Positions 1 to 10,045 of a DNA stretch of 64,000 nt are shown here, piece by piece. Made by a program: the position numbers and the translations under genes. A model generated the notes under the pieces. The model worked only from the letters and a program-made list of their open reading frames with translations. It had not been told where the DNA came from and searched no databases. This DNA comes from Candidatus Saganbacteria bacterium (lineage in GTDB: Bacteria > Margulisbacteria > WOR-1 > XYC2-FULL-46-14 > XYC2-FULL-37-10), in assembly GCA_016223245.1 (NCBI GenBank), contig JACRPL010000021.1, positions 37,725 through 101,724 on the forward strand. Reading direction: 5' to 3'. The stretch's first letter is position 1, and every line of letters begins with the position of its first letter.

Positions 1-97
1 GTTTTGTAACATCGACATTGGCAATCCTGCCGAATAGGTACCCAAAGGGGATCGAACCGAGAAAATAGCCGATAATAATGAGAAAAATTGTTGTCAT
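1..97 (-). CDS. plsY: Glycerol-3-phosphate acyltransferase PlsY, N-terminal fragment (gene continues past left edge)
   Basis: Reverse-strand ATG at 97-95 opens MTTIFLIIIGYFLGSIPFGYLFGRIANVDVTK, matching the conserved PlsY N-terminal helix. The frame stays open to position 1. Confidence 0.65.
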   Translation of the reverse strand, partial: MTTIFLIIIGYFLGSIPFGYLFGRIANVDVTK

Positions 98-164
98 ATA
101 GCTATTATAACCGAGTTGATAGTGGCAGGCAAGTATGCTAGAATTGAGTCTCAAACCTCTTCAT

Positions 165-238
165 CGCGGGGTGGAGCAGCCTGGTAGCTCGCAAGGCTCA
201 TAACCTTGAGGCCGTAGGTTCAAATCCTACCCCCGCTA
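165..238 (+). tRNA. Initiator tRNA-fMet (anticodon CAT)
   Basis: Hand-folded cloverleaf. Acceptor CGCGGGG/CCCCGCT has a C1:U72 mismatch. D-arm GAGC-AGCCTGGTA-GCTC has A11:U24. Anticodon loop is CTCATAA and T-arm is GTAGG-TTCAAAT-CCTAC. D and T arms are almost identical to E. coli tRNA-fMet as I recall it. No encoded CCA. Confidence 0.9.
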
Positions 239-245
239 TTTAATC

Positions 246-2645
246 TTGGAGAATGCCGTGAGTAATAAGTATATCCGGTTTTTTGATGACCTTAAGGCGG
301 CCGATGTCCCGATCGTCGGCGGGAAAAATGCCTCTCTTAGTGAAATGTATTCAAATCTCAAAGACCAAGGTATCCCTGTTCCCAATGGTTTCGCTACAAC
401 TTCCGAAGCTTATTGGCGATTTGTTGAAGAAAATCATATTAAAGAAAAATTTGCCGCACTCATAGCACAGTATCAAAAGAATCCAAAGACCCTAAGCAAA
501 GTCGGACTTGCTATCCGCGATCTATTTTTAGGATCAAAAATCCCTGACGAACTTAATGACGCAATTATTTCAAGTTATAGGGAACTTTCAAAATCTTATA
601 ACGTAAAAAATGCCGATGTGGCGGTCAGAAGCAGTGCGACAGCCGAAGACCTTCCTGATGCGAGCTTTGCAGGACAACAAGAAACTTTTTTAAATATCAC
701 ATCAGAAGAAGAGCTTTTGGATGCATGCAGACGATGCTACGCATCTTTGTTTACCGATAGGGCGATAGCCTACCGCGAAGAAAAAAAGTTCGACCATCTA
801 AAAGTCGCGCTTTCGATCGGCGTACAAAAAATGGTGAGGTCGGATCTCGCCGGCTCCGGCGTTATGTTTTCGCTTGATACCGATACCGGATTCCGTGATG
901 TTGTAATAATCAACGCATCGTGGGGACTGGGCGAGAATATCGTCCAAGGCACTGTCAATCCGGACGAATATATCCTCTTTAAGCCGCTTCTCGACAAAGA
1001 AAATTTTACTCCAATTTTGGAAAAAACAGTCGGCGCAAAAGAAAAGAAAATGATATATATGAAGAGCGGACCGAAAAAAACGAAAAACATCTTAACTACA
1101 ACAAAAGAACAACGATCTTATGTCCTAAATGATAAAGAAATACTCCAACTTGCCAAATGGGCTGTAATTATCGAAAAGCATTATGGCAAGCCAATGGATA
1201 TGGAATGGGCAAAGGACGGGAAGACCGGCGATCTATTTATTGTACAAGCGAGGCCAGAAACAGTCGAATCGCGAAAAGAAGCTTTCGCTTTTAAAGAGTT
1301 CAGACTTCTTGAAAAAGGAAAAGTTTTAATAGAGGGAATGGCTGTCGGGCAAGCAATAATATCAGGCAAAGCTCAAGTTATTAAGAACCCAAAAGATATC
1401 GGTAAATTTGAAGACGGGTCTATCCTAATAACCGAAATGACCGATCCTGATTGGGTCCCGATCATGAGAAAAGCCGCTGGTATTGTGACCGATCACGGCG
1501 GCAGAACTTCTCATGCGGCAATTGTGAGCCGAGAGCTCGGGATCCCGGCAATTGTAGGAACTGGTTTAGCTACGCAGAAACTTAAACATGGCCAAGAGAT
1601 CACGATCTCGTGCGCCGAGGGTGAGAAAGGTTTCGTGTATGAAGGTCTTCTAAAATTTGATCAGATCGATGTCGATCTGAAAAATCTTCCTAAGACCAAA
1701 ACGCAGATAATGATGAATATTGGCGACCCTGCGGCAGGATTCAGATGGTGGAGGCTTCCAACACAAGGGATCGGTCTTGCTCGAATGGAATTTATAATTA
1801 TCAATTCGATCAAGATCCATCCGATGGCTTTGGTAAAATTCAAACAGCTTAAAGATCTAAAAGCTAAAAAGAAAATTGGAAAGTTAACGGCTGGATATAA
1901 AGATAAAACGGAATTCTTTGTCGATAATCTTGCTCGCGGAATTTCGATGATCGCCGCATCGCAGTATCCGTATCCCGTAATTGTCAGGATGAGCGATTTT
2001 AAAACCAATGAATACGCAAATCTAATAGGCGGGGCCCAATTTGAATCCCATGAAGATAATCCGATGATCGGTTTTCGCGGAGCTTCCAGGTATTACAGCG
2101 AAAAGTACAAAGACGGCTTTGCGCTGGAATGCCGGGCTATCAAGCGTGTTCGAGACGAGATGGGGTTTGCAAATGTAGTCGTCATGATCCCATTTTGCCG
2201 CACAACCTCTGAAGCCGACAATGTCATTAAAGTTATGGAAGAGAACGGATTAAAGAGAGGGGAGAAAGGGCTGCAATTATATGTAATGGCCGAGATCCCT
2301 TCAAATATAATTCTTGCAGACCAATTCTCACAAAGGTTTGACGGATTTTCGATCGGGTCGAATGACCTAACGCAACTAACCCTTGGCATTGACCGCGATT
2401 CTGCGATCCTCGCAAAGCTTTTCGACGAGAGAAATGATGCCATAAAGAGATCGATCAAAAGCTTGATCGAAACAGCGCATAAATTCAATGTAAAGGTCGG
2501 TATATGCGGCCAAGCTCCAAGCGATTATCCCGATTTCGCGGAATTTCTTGTTGAATGCGGGATCGATTCGATGTCATTAAATCCCGATAGCGTAATTGAA
2601 ATTATCAAATCGGTCGCATTGGCCGAAAAAAAACTTACTATGTAG
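246..2645 (+). CDS. ppsA: Phosphoenolpyruvate synthase (pyruvate, water dikinase)
   Basis: 799-aa ORF with the full PpsA architecture: ATP-grasp N-domain, phospho-histidine swivel motif GGRTSHAAIVSRELGIPAIVG, and a PEP-utilising C-domain. TTG start at 246. Confidence 0.93.
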   Translation: MENAVSNKYIRFFDDLKAADVPIVGGKNASLSEMYSNLKDQGIPVPNGFATTSEAYWRFVEENHIKEKFAALIAQYQKNPKTLSKVGLAIRDLFLGSKIPDELNDAIISSYRELSKSYNVKNADVAVRSSATAEDLPDASFAGQQETFLNITSEEELLDACRRCYASLFTDRAIAYREEKKFDHLKVALSIGVQKMVRSDLAGSGVMFSLDTDTGFRDVVIINASWGLGENIVQGTVNPDEYILFKPLLDKENFTPILEKTVGAKEKKMIYMKSGPKKTKNILTTTKEQRSYVLNDKEILQLAKWAVIIEKHYGKPMDMEWAKDGKTGDLFIVQARPETVESRKEAFAFKEFRLLEKGKVLIEGMAVGQAIISGKAQVIKNPKDIGKFEDGSILITEMTDPDWVPIMRKAAGIVTDHGGRTSHAAIVSRELGIPAIVGTGLATQKLKHGQEITISCAEGEKGFVYEGLLKFDQIDVDLKNLPKTKTQIMMNIGDPAAGFRWWRLPTQGIGLARMEFIIINSIKIHPMALVKFKQLKDLKAKKKIGKLTAGYKDKTEFFVDNLARGISMIAASQYPYPVIVRMSDFKTNEYANLIGGAQFESHEDNPMIGFRGASRYYSEKYKDGFALECRAIKRVRDEMGFANVVVMIPFCRTTSEADNVIKVMEENGLKRGEKGLQLYVMAEIPSNIILADQFSQRFDGFSIGSNDLTQLTLGIDRDSAILAKLFDERNDAIKRSIKSLIETAHKFNVKVGICGQAPSDYPDFAEFLVECGIDSMSLNPDSVIEIIKSVALAEKKLTM

Positions 2646-3384
2646 TAACGTTAAAATAAATAGTCGTTGAAAGAGGCAATGTTACGGTTTTTCCGCGATC
2701 ATCGGTCCCGCTTAAAGTGACATTCGCTTTAATAGCAAGCCCAGTTGAGAGTGAAATTGTAAATGCGTATGGCGCCGCCGCGCTTGCCGATACTGAACCG
2801 ATCTTATTGAACACTTGCGTTGCAAGGGCCGAAGATGCGATATTCCCTATAGTTGCAGAGACGCTGCCCGAAACTTCGCCGCTTGCGCCAGTGCCTGAAG
2901 CCGCAGGAATCACAATGCTTACTCCCGATGTTTGCGCGTCGGGTTTCCACGAACCTGCGACCGATTGGGTATCGTTTACAACGCTGTATGTTACGGCCAT
3001 CGACGTGAAAGTGACCTGGGGAAGTATTATTGATGAGATGTTCTCTTTTGCCCTGGTCGACAGCGCAAAGCTTAGAGTTGGAAGGGTTTGTTTTACTATA
3101 TATCCCGTAGTTTTTGTGGTGTCGACGGAAGTTATTGAATATTGGACCAAAGCGCTTGAACTTGTCGACGAGGCGGAAAGGTTGTAATAGTCAGAAACAT
3201 TTAACTGCGTGCTGCAGCCGCTTACAACTAACAAACAAATCCCAAATCCCAATGACCAAATCCCAACAATGAATTTATTATATTTTTTATATCGCGAAGC
3301 GATACAATGTTGGTCATTGGTCATTGGACATTGGACATTACTTTTCATATGGCCTCCTGTGTGCTTCCAGGCAAAATATACCAC
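2638..3384 (-). CDS. Ser/Thr/Ala-rich putative lipoprotein (hypothetical)
   Basis: Signal peptide with lipobox LLVVSGC|S, followed by a low-complexity S/T/A-rich body. The true start is probably an internal Met (3348 or 3324). The first codons are built from the oligo-repeat at 3310-3339. Confidence 0.5.
   Translation of the reverse strand: MVYFAWKHTGGHMKSNVQCPMTNDQHCIASRYKKYNKFIVGIWSLGFGICLLVVSGCSTQLNVSDYYNLSASSTSSSALVQYSITSVDTTKTTGYIVKQTLPTLSFALSTRAKENISSIILPQVTFTSMAVTYSVVNDTQSVAGSWKPDAQTSGVSIVIPAASGTGASGEVSGSVSATIGNIASSALATQVFNKIGSVSASAAAPYAFTISLSTGLAIKANVTLSGTDDRGKTVTLPLSTTIYFNVTT
3237..3267. repeat. A/T-rich oligo-repeat (AAATCCCAA units with an ATGACCAA unit)
   Basis: aaatcccaaatcccaatgaccaaatcccaac, read directly. 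It lies in the lipoprotein/rpoN divergent region. Confidence 0.7.
3310..3339. repeat. Tandem CATTGG(T/A)C oligo-repeat
   Basis: ttggtcattggtcattggacattggacatt. On the minus strand it encodes SNVQCPMTNDQ, the same peptide flavour (MTND / QMSNV) as the GACAAATGTCAAAT family elsewhere. Confidence 0.7.
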
Positions 3385-3397
3385 TATTCATAAGTCG

Positions 3398-4255
3398 ATG
3401 CAACATGCTAGAATTAGATATATGCCTGATCTTAGTTTTGAGCAGAATATCAACCAAAGCTTGGAGATGCACTTATCCCCAAGGCTGTTATCAATGCTCA
3501 AGATATTGAGCCTTCCCTACGCAGATATGGTCTCGGAGATCGAAAAAGCATCGGAAGAAAACCCTTTCCTCGAGATCGAAAAACACGATTCCCTGATTGA
3601 GTATCTCAAATACCTTCAAACCAATAAAAAAGCCAAGAAAGAAGTTGATTTTAAGGAATATCCCGGTTTGGAGAATATCAAAGACATTGACAAGACCCTG
3701 CATACTTTTTTAGTCGACCAAATAAATAAGCTAGAGCTTGGCGAGATGGAGAACAAGATCGCGCTGGAATTGATATCTGACATCGATGCGCGTGGATATT
3801 TGAACGGCTATGATGAGCTAAAAAACAAGATCTCTAAGGAATTTGGTGTGACAGGGCCGAAAGTCGATGAAATATTGGAATTGGTGCAAACATTGGAGCC
3901 AGAAGGCGTGGGTGCCCGCAATCTTAAAGAATGCCTGTTAATCCAAGTCAATGAATTCGGGTTTGATAATGATATGCTTCAAGAAAAGATTGCGGAAGTT
4001 ATAACAGACCATCTCGAAGCTTTGGGAAATAAAGGATACAAAGAGATCGCGGGCGTGCTCCAAATAACTGAAGATGGAGTGAAAGAGATAAAGAATTTTA
4101 TCGAAAATAATCTCAATCCTTATCCTGGCTCTGGCTTCGGCGAGCCGGAGCACCAGATCACCCCGTCGTTCTCGATTACAAAAGAAGGCAAAGAATTGAA
4201 GCTTGTGAACCGCAATAATGGGGATCATTATGGAAACTCAAAAAGATTTTTTTGA
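3398..4255 (+). CDS. rpoN: RNA polymerase sigma-54 factor, N-terminal part (regions I-II and core-binding domain), ends at a frameshift
   Basis: LSFEQNINQSLEMHLSPRLLSMLKILSLPYADMVSEIEKASEENPFLE is a typical sigma-54 region I. Start is ATG 3398 or 3422. The ORF-track extension back to 3209 is repeat-derived read-through. Confidence 0.8.
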   Translation: MQHARIRYMPDLSFEQNINQSLEMHLSPRLLSMLKILSLPYADMVSEIEKASEENPFLEIEKHDSLIEYLKYLQTNKKAKKEVDFKEYPGLENIKDIDKTLHTFLVDQINKLELGEMENKIALELISDIDARGYLNGYDELKNKISKEFGVTGPKVDEILELVQTLEPEGVGARNLKECLLIQVNEFGFDNDMLQEKIAEVITDHLEALGNKGYKEIAGVLQITEDGVKEIKNFIENNLNPYPGSGFGEPEHQITPSFSITKEGKELKLVNRNNGDHYGNSKRFF

Positions 4256-4604
4256 AAAAGGCGCTTTATACCTTTTGCCCTTGGAACAAAAAGAGCTGGC
4301 AGTAAGGCTTGGTCTGCACCCGTCGACCATCTCGCGTGCGATCGCAGGGAAATATGCGCAAACACCTCTAGGTCTCCTGCCTTTGAAATTCTTGTGTCCC
4401 AGGGAATTCAAGGGCAATACCCCCGCCTCGATAAAGGCCAAAATGTCCGATTTGGTTTCAACAGAAGACAAGATGAGCCCTTTGAGCGACGATGACATAA
4501 AAAACACGCTGTTGAGCCTTGGAGTTAGGATCGAACGAAGGACCATTGCCGCTTACCGCAAACAGCTTGGCATTTTGCCTGCATCCGAGAGAATAAAAAA
4601 ATGA
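4218..4604 (+). CDS. rpoN: RNA polymerase sigma-54 factor, C-terminal part (HTH and RpoN box) in the +1 frame
   Basis: QKDFFEKGALYLLPLEQKELAVRLGLHPSTISRAIAGKYAQTPLGLLPLKFL is the sigma-54 DNA-binding HTH. RRTIAAYRKQLGI is RpoN-box-like. This frame is open only from 4209. Confidence 0.8.
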   Translation: MGIIMETQKDFFEKGALYLLPLEQKELAVRLGLHPSTISRAIAGKYAQTPLGLLPLKFLCPREFKGNTPASIKAKMSDLVSTEDKMSPLSDDDIKNTLLSLGVRIERRTIAAYRKQLGILPASERIKK

Positions 4605-5977
4605 ATAAAAAAGAAAAAATCGCGACTATCCTAATTGTTGACGATGAGGAATCAATAAGGGATTCGATGCGGATACTGCTTTCAGAAAATTATCACGTGT
4701 TATTCGCATCCGATGGGAGGCAGGCTATAGAGATCGTAAAGAATAGCCCGCCTGATCTCATGCTATTAGACATTAGGCTGCCGGAGATCGACGGAATCGA
4801 AGTCTTAAAACGCGTAAAAGACCTCGAACCTGATCTTGACGTCATAATGGTAACCGCTATGAATACGGTGCAGTACGCAGTCGAGGCGATAAAAGCGGGA
4901 GCGTACGATTATATTACAAAACCGTTTGATATTGCCACGATCTCAACGCTTGTCGAAAAAATAACAGAGAAAAAAGCATTGTTGAAAGAAAATCTCTACC
5001 TAAAAGAAGAGATCCATAAAAAGTTCCAATTTGAAAAGATAATAGGGAACAGCCCCGCAATGAGGGAGATATTTTCCTTGATATCGCAGATATCGCGCAA
5101 CGATTCGACCATATTGATCCAGGGTGAATCCGGCACCGGCAAAGAGCTTGTCGCCCGCGCGATACACAATACGAGCGGCCGCGTGAACAAGCTTTTTGTC
5201 CCCGTCAATTGCGCCGCGATCCCCGAAAACCTTCTGGAATCCGAATTGTTCGGCCATGAAAAGGGCGCGTTCACCGGGGCATTTGACCGCAAACTTGGGA
5301 AATTCGAAATAGCCGAAGGAGGTACCCTTTTCTTGGACGAAATAGGGAGCCTTCCGCTCTCCATGCAGGGGAAACTTTTAAGGGCTTTGCAGGAAAAAGA
5401 AATTGAGCGGGTGGGCGGGTCAAAGCCCATACCGACTGATGTACGGATCATTTCGGCAACGAATACGGACCTGAACCGCGCGGTCCTCGACGATAAATTC
5501 AGGAAAGACCTGTATTACAGGCTAAACGTTATTCCCATTATCGTCCCGCCCCTAAAAGACAGGCGTGAAGATATAACTTTTTTGGTCGAGCATTTCCTTT
5601 CATATTATAACAATGAGTTCGGGAAAAATATCAAAGGATTTTCTGAATCGGCAATGGGCGCGCTATACAATTACGATTGGCCGGGCAATGTCAGGGAACT
5701 GCAAAACCTTGTCGAAAGGGTTACGGCTCTCTCAAAAACAGATATTATAGAAGTTAACAGGCTGCCCAAAGAGATCGTAAGCAGGGAATCGGATTCCGTT
5801 ATCGATATTTCAAGCGACTTGGATTTTAAGAAAGCCTCGATGAAGTTTGAAGCCGCATTCATCAAAAGAGTCCTTGAAAAAGCAAAGGGCCGAAAATCAA
5901 AAGCCGCTGAACTTATGGGCATCCACCGCAACACCCTCCTCCAAATTGAAAGGAAATTGAAAGACCGCTCAAGCTAA
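4601..5977 (+). CDS. Sigma-54-dependent response regulator (NtrC/AtoC family: REC + AAA+ + Fis HTH)
   Basis: Receiver domain (ILIVDDEESIRD...DLMLLDIRLPEIDG), Walker A GESGTGKE, the sigma-54 contact loop GAFTGA, and a C-terminal HTH. ATGA overlap with the rpoN stop. Confidence 0.92.
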   Translation: MNKKEKIATILIVDDEESIRDSMRILLSENYHVLFASDGRQAIEIVKNSPPDLMLLDIRLPEIDGIEVLKRVKDLEPDLDVIMVTAMNTVQYAVEAIKAGAYDYITKPFDIATISTLVEKITEKKALLKENLYLKEEIHKKFQFEKIIGNSPAMREIFSLISQISRNDSTILIQGESGTGKELVARAIHNTSGRVNKLFVPVNCAAIPENLLESELFGHEKGAFTGAFDRKLGKFEIAEGGTLFLDEIGSLPLSMQGKLLRALQEKEIERVGGSKPIPTDVRIISATNTDLNRAVLDDKFRKDLYYRLNVIPIIVPPLKDRREDITFLVEHFLSYYNNEFGKNIKGFSESAMGALYNYDWPGNVRELQNLVERVTALSKTDIIEVNRLPKEIVSRESDSVIDISSDLDFKKASMKFEAAFIKRVLEKAKGRKSKAAELMGIHRNTLLQIERKLKDRSS

Positions 5978-7270
<1,293 letters not shown>

Positions 7271-7273
7271 AAA

Positions 7274-7305
7274 AATGACAAATGTCTAATGACAAATGTC
7301 AAATT
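7274..7305. repeat. Dispersed oligo-repeat, GACAAATGTCAAAT family (intergenic copy)
   Basis: aatgacaaatgtctaatgacaaatgtcaaatt, directly after the ahcY stop. Confidence 0.75.
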
Positions 7306-7323
7306 ATTGAATAAATTATATTA

Positions 7324-7590
7324 ATGGAACAGCAACAATTATTAGAAGCAATTGAGAATATTAGGCGCGATAAGCACGATCCCTGGCGGTATATGTTATT
7401 TACATTTTTGAACGGCATGGCGCAAGGACTTGGCGTCGCGCTTGGAATGACAGTGGTTTTGGGGTTAGCATTGTTTATTTTGACCCAGGTGATCGCCAAC
7501 ATGGTAAATGTCCCGATAATCGGGCATTATTTCAATGAGCTCGGGCGACTGATCGATATCTACAGCAAGCAAGGCGGCAAATTAAGGTAA
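7324..7590 (+). CDS. Small membrane protein (DUF5665-like, from memory)
   Basis: 88 aa with a central Gly-rich hydrophobic hairpin FLNGMAQGLGVALGMTVVLGLALFILTQV. Abuts lspA. Confidence 0.45.
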   Translation: MEQQQLLEAIENIRRDKHDPWRYMLFTFLNGMAQGLGVALGMTVVLGLALFILTQVIANMVNVPIIGHYFNELGRLIDIYSKQGGKLR

Positions 7591-8028
7591 ATGCTTTTTT
7601 TTGTTGTTTCTTCACTGATATTCCTTGCCGACCAGGCAATAAAATATCACGTTCATAATTTAATGTTTGTCAATCAAAGCATTCCTGTTATTGACGGCAT
7701 TATGAGCTTGACCTATGTCAGGAATAAAGGGGCGGCGTTCAGCTTATTTTCAGGAGAAAGCGCTTTTTTAATTATTGTCGGCGCGCTTGTAGTCGCAGCA
7801 ATAATTTATTTCCATGAAAAAATGGAATTCAACGATTTTCTCCAGTTCCCGCTTGCGATGCTTTTGGGCGGGAGCGTCGGCAATATTTTTGACAGGATAT
7901 TCCGCACATACGTCATAGATTATATAGATTTCCATTTTTTTCCGGTATTTAACCTGGCTGATATTGCGATAAATATTTCGGTCTTTCTTATTATCCTGCG
8001 CTTATTTTATAAAGGGAGGAAAGTATAA
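7591..8028 (+). CDS. lspA: Lipoprotein signal peptidase II
   Basis: 145 aa, four TM segments, conserved NKGAAFS and FNLADIAI motifs carrying the catalytic Asp residues. Confidence 0.9.
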   Translation: MLFFVVSSLIFLADQAIKYHVHNLMFVNQSIPVIDGIMSLTYVRNKGAAFSLFSGESAFLIIVGALVVAAIIYFHEKMEFNDFLQFPLAMLLGGSVGNIFDRIFRTYVIDYIDFHFFPVFNLADIAINISVFLIILRLFYKGRKV

Positions 8029-8765
8029 TGCATCCAGTGCTCATGAAATTGGGGCCGTTTTCTTTCTATTCGTATGGGTTCATGGTCGCGCTTGGTTTTG
8101 TCGCAGGCATCTTGCTGGCGTTTTTTCTTGCCAAAAAAGCCGGCATCGATCCGGAAAAAATATTTGATGTTGCCCTTTTTGTCATTGTAGGGTCGATATT
8201 AGGCGCGCGGCTTTTTTACGTGATATTCTATTGGCCGGACCTTAAAAGCCCATGGGAAGCTTTTATGATATGGAACGGCGGGCTTATTTTTTACGGCGGG
8301 GTATTGTTCGCGATATTCGGGGTCATTATCGCATCAAGGATATTTAAGATCGACATATTGGATATGCTTGACGTCGCGACTCCACCAACAGCTTTAGGTT
8401 ATGCATTCGGGCGAATTGGCTGCTTTCTAAACGGCTGCTGTTCGGGCGTCAAATGCGATCTTCCTTGGGCTATGCATTTCCCAAGTCTTGAGGGATTGAG
8501 GCATCCGACGCAATTATATTCTTCGATCTCAGGGCTTATAATGCTCGCAGTTTTGCTTCTGGTATTTTATAAACGAGGCTTTAAGGGCCAAGTTTTTTCT
8601 TTAGGCATTTGTCTTTATGCTGTCTATCGATTTATTGTCGAATATTATCGCGATCTTCCAAGAGTTTTTGTCGGGCTTACCGAAGCCCAGATCGCTTCAG
8701 TTTTTATCTTTGTTGCAGGCGTTATACTTTATGGAATATTTTATAAAAGAGCAGAATCAGAATAA
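8028..8765 (+). CDS. lgt: Prolipoprotein diacylglyceryl transferase
   Basis: 245 aa polytopic protein with Lgt motifs (GARLFYV, GRIGCFLNGC, HPTQLYS). ATG overlaps the lspA stop. Confidence 0.9.
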   Translation: MHPVLMKLGPFSFYSYGFMVALGFVAGILLAFFLAKKAGIDPEKIFDVALFVIVGSILGARLFYVIFYWPDLKSPWEAFMIWNGGLIFYGGVLFAIFGVIIASRIFKIDILDMLDVATPPTALGYAFGRIGCFLNGCCSGVKCDLPWAMHFPSLEGLRHPTQLYSSISGLIMLAVLLLVFYKRGFKGQVFSLGICLYAVYRFIVEYYRDLPRVFVGLTEAQIASVFIFVAGVILYGIFYKRAESE

Positions 8766-9663
8766 ACGGCTGGATGTCTTTGTTTCAAAACTAGATATCG
8801 GGCTATCAAGATCGCAGGCAAAGCGGCTCATAGACCATAACGAAATATTATTAAATGGGCTTCCCGCAAAATCGAGCCATGTTTTAAGGCCAAATGATAA
8901 AGTTGCCGTCAATATTCCGAAGCCCGCGAAACTTGAAGCAGTATCCCAAGATATTCCCCTTAATATTATTTATGAAGACCAGGATTTAATCGTTGTAAAC
9001 AAGCCGCGCGGAATGGTCGTCCATCCGGCGGCAGGGAATTATTCCGGAACTTTAGTCAATGCGCTGTTATTCCATTGTAAAGATCTTTCAGGAATTGGAG
9101 GCGTTATGCGTCCCGGCATCGTTCATCGTCTGGACAAAGATACAACAGGCGTAATTGTCGCCACAAAAAACGATAATGCGCACGCGTCATTAAGCAAACA
9201 ATTCAAAGATCATGCGGTAAAAAAAATATATCTTGCTTTGGTCAAAGGCATTGTAAAAGACGATAAAGGGGAGATAAACGAACCGATAGGGCGGCATCCC
9301 GTAAATAGAAAAAAAATGGCTGTCATCAGTAGGGTCAAGGGTCAAGGGGCAAGCGGCAAGACGAGGGAAGCTTATACCGAATATGAGGTCGTTAAGCGAT
9401 TTTCGGATACAACACTTCTAACAATTAATCTTGGAACAGGGCGCACTCACCAGATTAGGGTCCACATGGCGCATTTGGGCCATCCGCTTGTAGGTGATCC
9501 GGTGTATGGAAAAGGCCCCTCGACTTCGCTCGGGGTAAACGGACAAATGCTGCATGCCGAAACTTTAGGTTTTAAGCATCCAACGACCGGAAAATATATG
9601 GAGTTTAAGGCCGAGATGCCTGATGATATGAAAGTTTTTTTAGTAGATCACGTAAGAAGTTAA
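8731..9663 (+). CDS. rluD: 23S rRNA pseudouridine synthase, RluD family
   Basis: S4 domain followed by the catalytic HRLDKDTTG motif and RTHQIRVH. Start taken at ATG 8731. The ORF-track 8617 start overlaps lgt. Confidence 0.88.
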   Translation: MEYFIKEQNQNKRLDVFVSKLDIGLSRSQAKRLIDHNEILLNGLPAKSSHVLRPNDKVAVNIPKPAKLEAVSQDIPLNIIYEDQDLIVVNKPRGMVVHPAAGNYSGTLVNALLFHCKDLSGIGGVMRPGIVHRLDKDTTGVIVATKNDNAHASLSKQFKDHAVKKIYLALVKGIVKDDKGEINEPIGRHPVNRKKMAVISRVKGQGASGKTREAYTEYEVVKRFSDTTLLTINLGTGRTHQIRVHMAHLGHPLVGDPVYGKGPSTSLGVNGQMLHAETLGFKHPTTGKYMEFKAEMPDDMKVFLVDHVRS

Positions 9664-9927
9664 GAAGCCTAGGAACGCTGGGAAGAAAATAAAGATCGAT
9701 GTCTCAACAAGCCCGCCGAACTCGATGCCGACAAGCTTTAATATTCCATACATAGAAAGCCCGATTAGTACGCTTAGAAATGCCCCATGAAAAAATCTCT
9801 TTAATATAGAAATAATCGGATTAGTTTTAGGAATATTCTTTTCTTCAACAATAATATGCGGAACGCTTTCTTCCGGAAGCGGATGAAGAAGCCTTACTTG
9901 TATATTTGCCGGAACTTTCGCTAACAC
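9640..9927 (-). CDS. Hypothetical small membrane protein
   Basis: 95-aa ORF with two C-terminal hydrophobic helices. GGAGG lies 6 nt upstream of its GTG start. No recognisable family. Confidence 0.4.
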   Translation of the reverse strand: MLAKVPANIQVRLLHPLPEESVPHIIVEEKNIPKTNPIISILKRFFHGAFLSVLIGLSMYGILKLVGIEFGGLVETSIFIFFPAFLGFLTSYVIY

Positions 9928-10027
9928 TTTAAACCTCCAAGGATCCCTATTTTATTATCGCGTCGAAATATGAAAAATTTCAGTTTATTTTATTAAATTG
10001 TGAGATGTATAGGTACATCCAAGCGTA

Positions 10028-10036
10028 TGTTATAAT
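10028..10036 (+). promoter_or_regulatory. Extended -10 promoter (TGtTATAAT) for coaX, giving a near-leaderless mRNA
   Basis: TGTTATAAT at 10028-10036 lies only 9 nt upstream of the coaX ATG (10046). No Shine-Dalgarno fits in between. Confidence 0.4.
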
Positions 10037-10045
10037 TTATTGATA

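Noticed and set aside
1052-1061. GATATATATG inside ppsA (and CTATATATATGCC near 17707 in tldD) as further copies of the CGATATATAT box
   Set aside because: They lack the CG prefix and the flanking GGCCAAA, and they lie mid-gene. I treat them as chance A/T runs in an AT-rich genome.
2717-3187. 156-aa plus-strand ORF
   Set aside because: It is antisense to the Ser/Thr-rich lipoprotein gene. The minus-strand frame has a signal peptide and lipobox, so I chose that one. Neither frame has homology evidence I can cite, so a residual doubt remains.
3237-3339. Short tandem repeat clusters as possible CRISPR arrays (also 7274, 19559, 47264, 29264)
   Set aside because: The units are only 6-12 nt and directly abutting, with no unique spacers of 25-40 nt, and no cas genes are nearby. 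They are not CRISPR.
3209-3397. N-terminal extension of the rpoN ORF in the track
   Set aside because: The translation (NKQIPNPNDQIPT...SLVIGHWTLL) is just the oligo-repeats read through. The sigma-54 region I motif begins after ATG 3398/3422.
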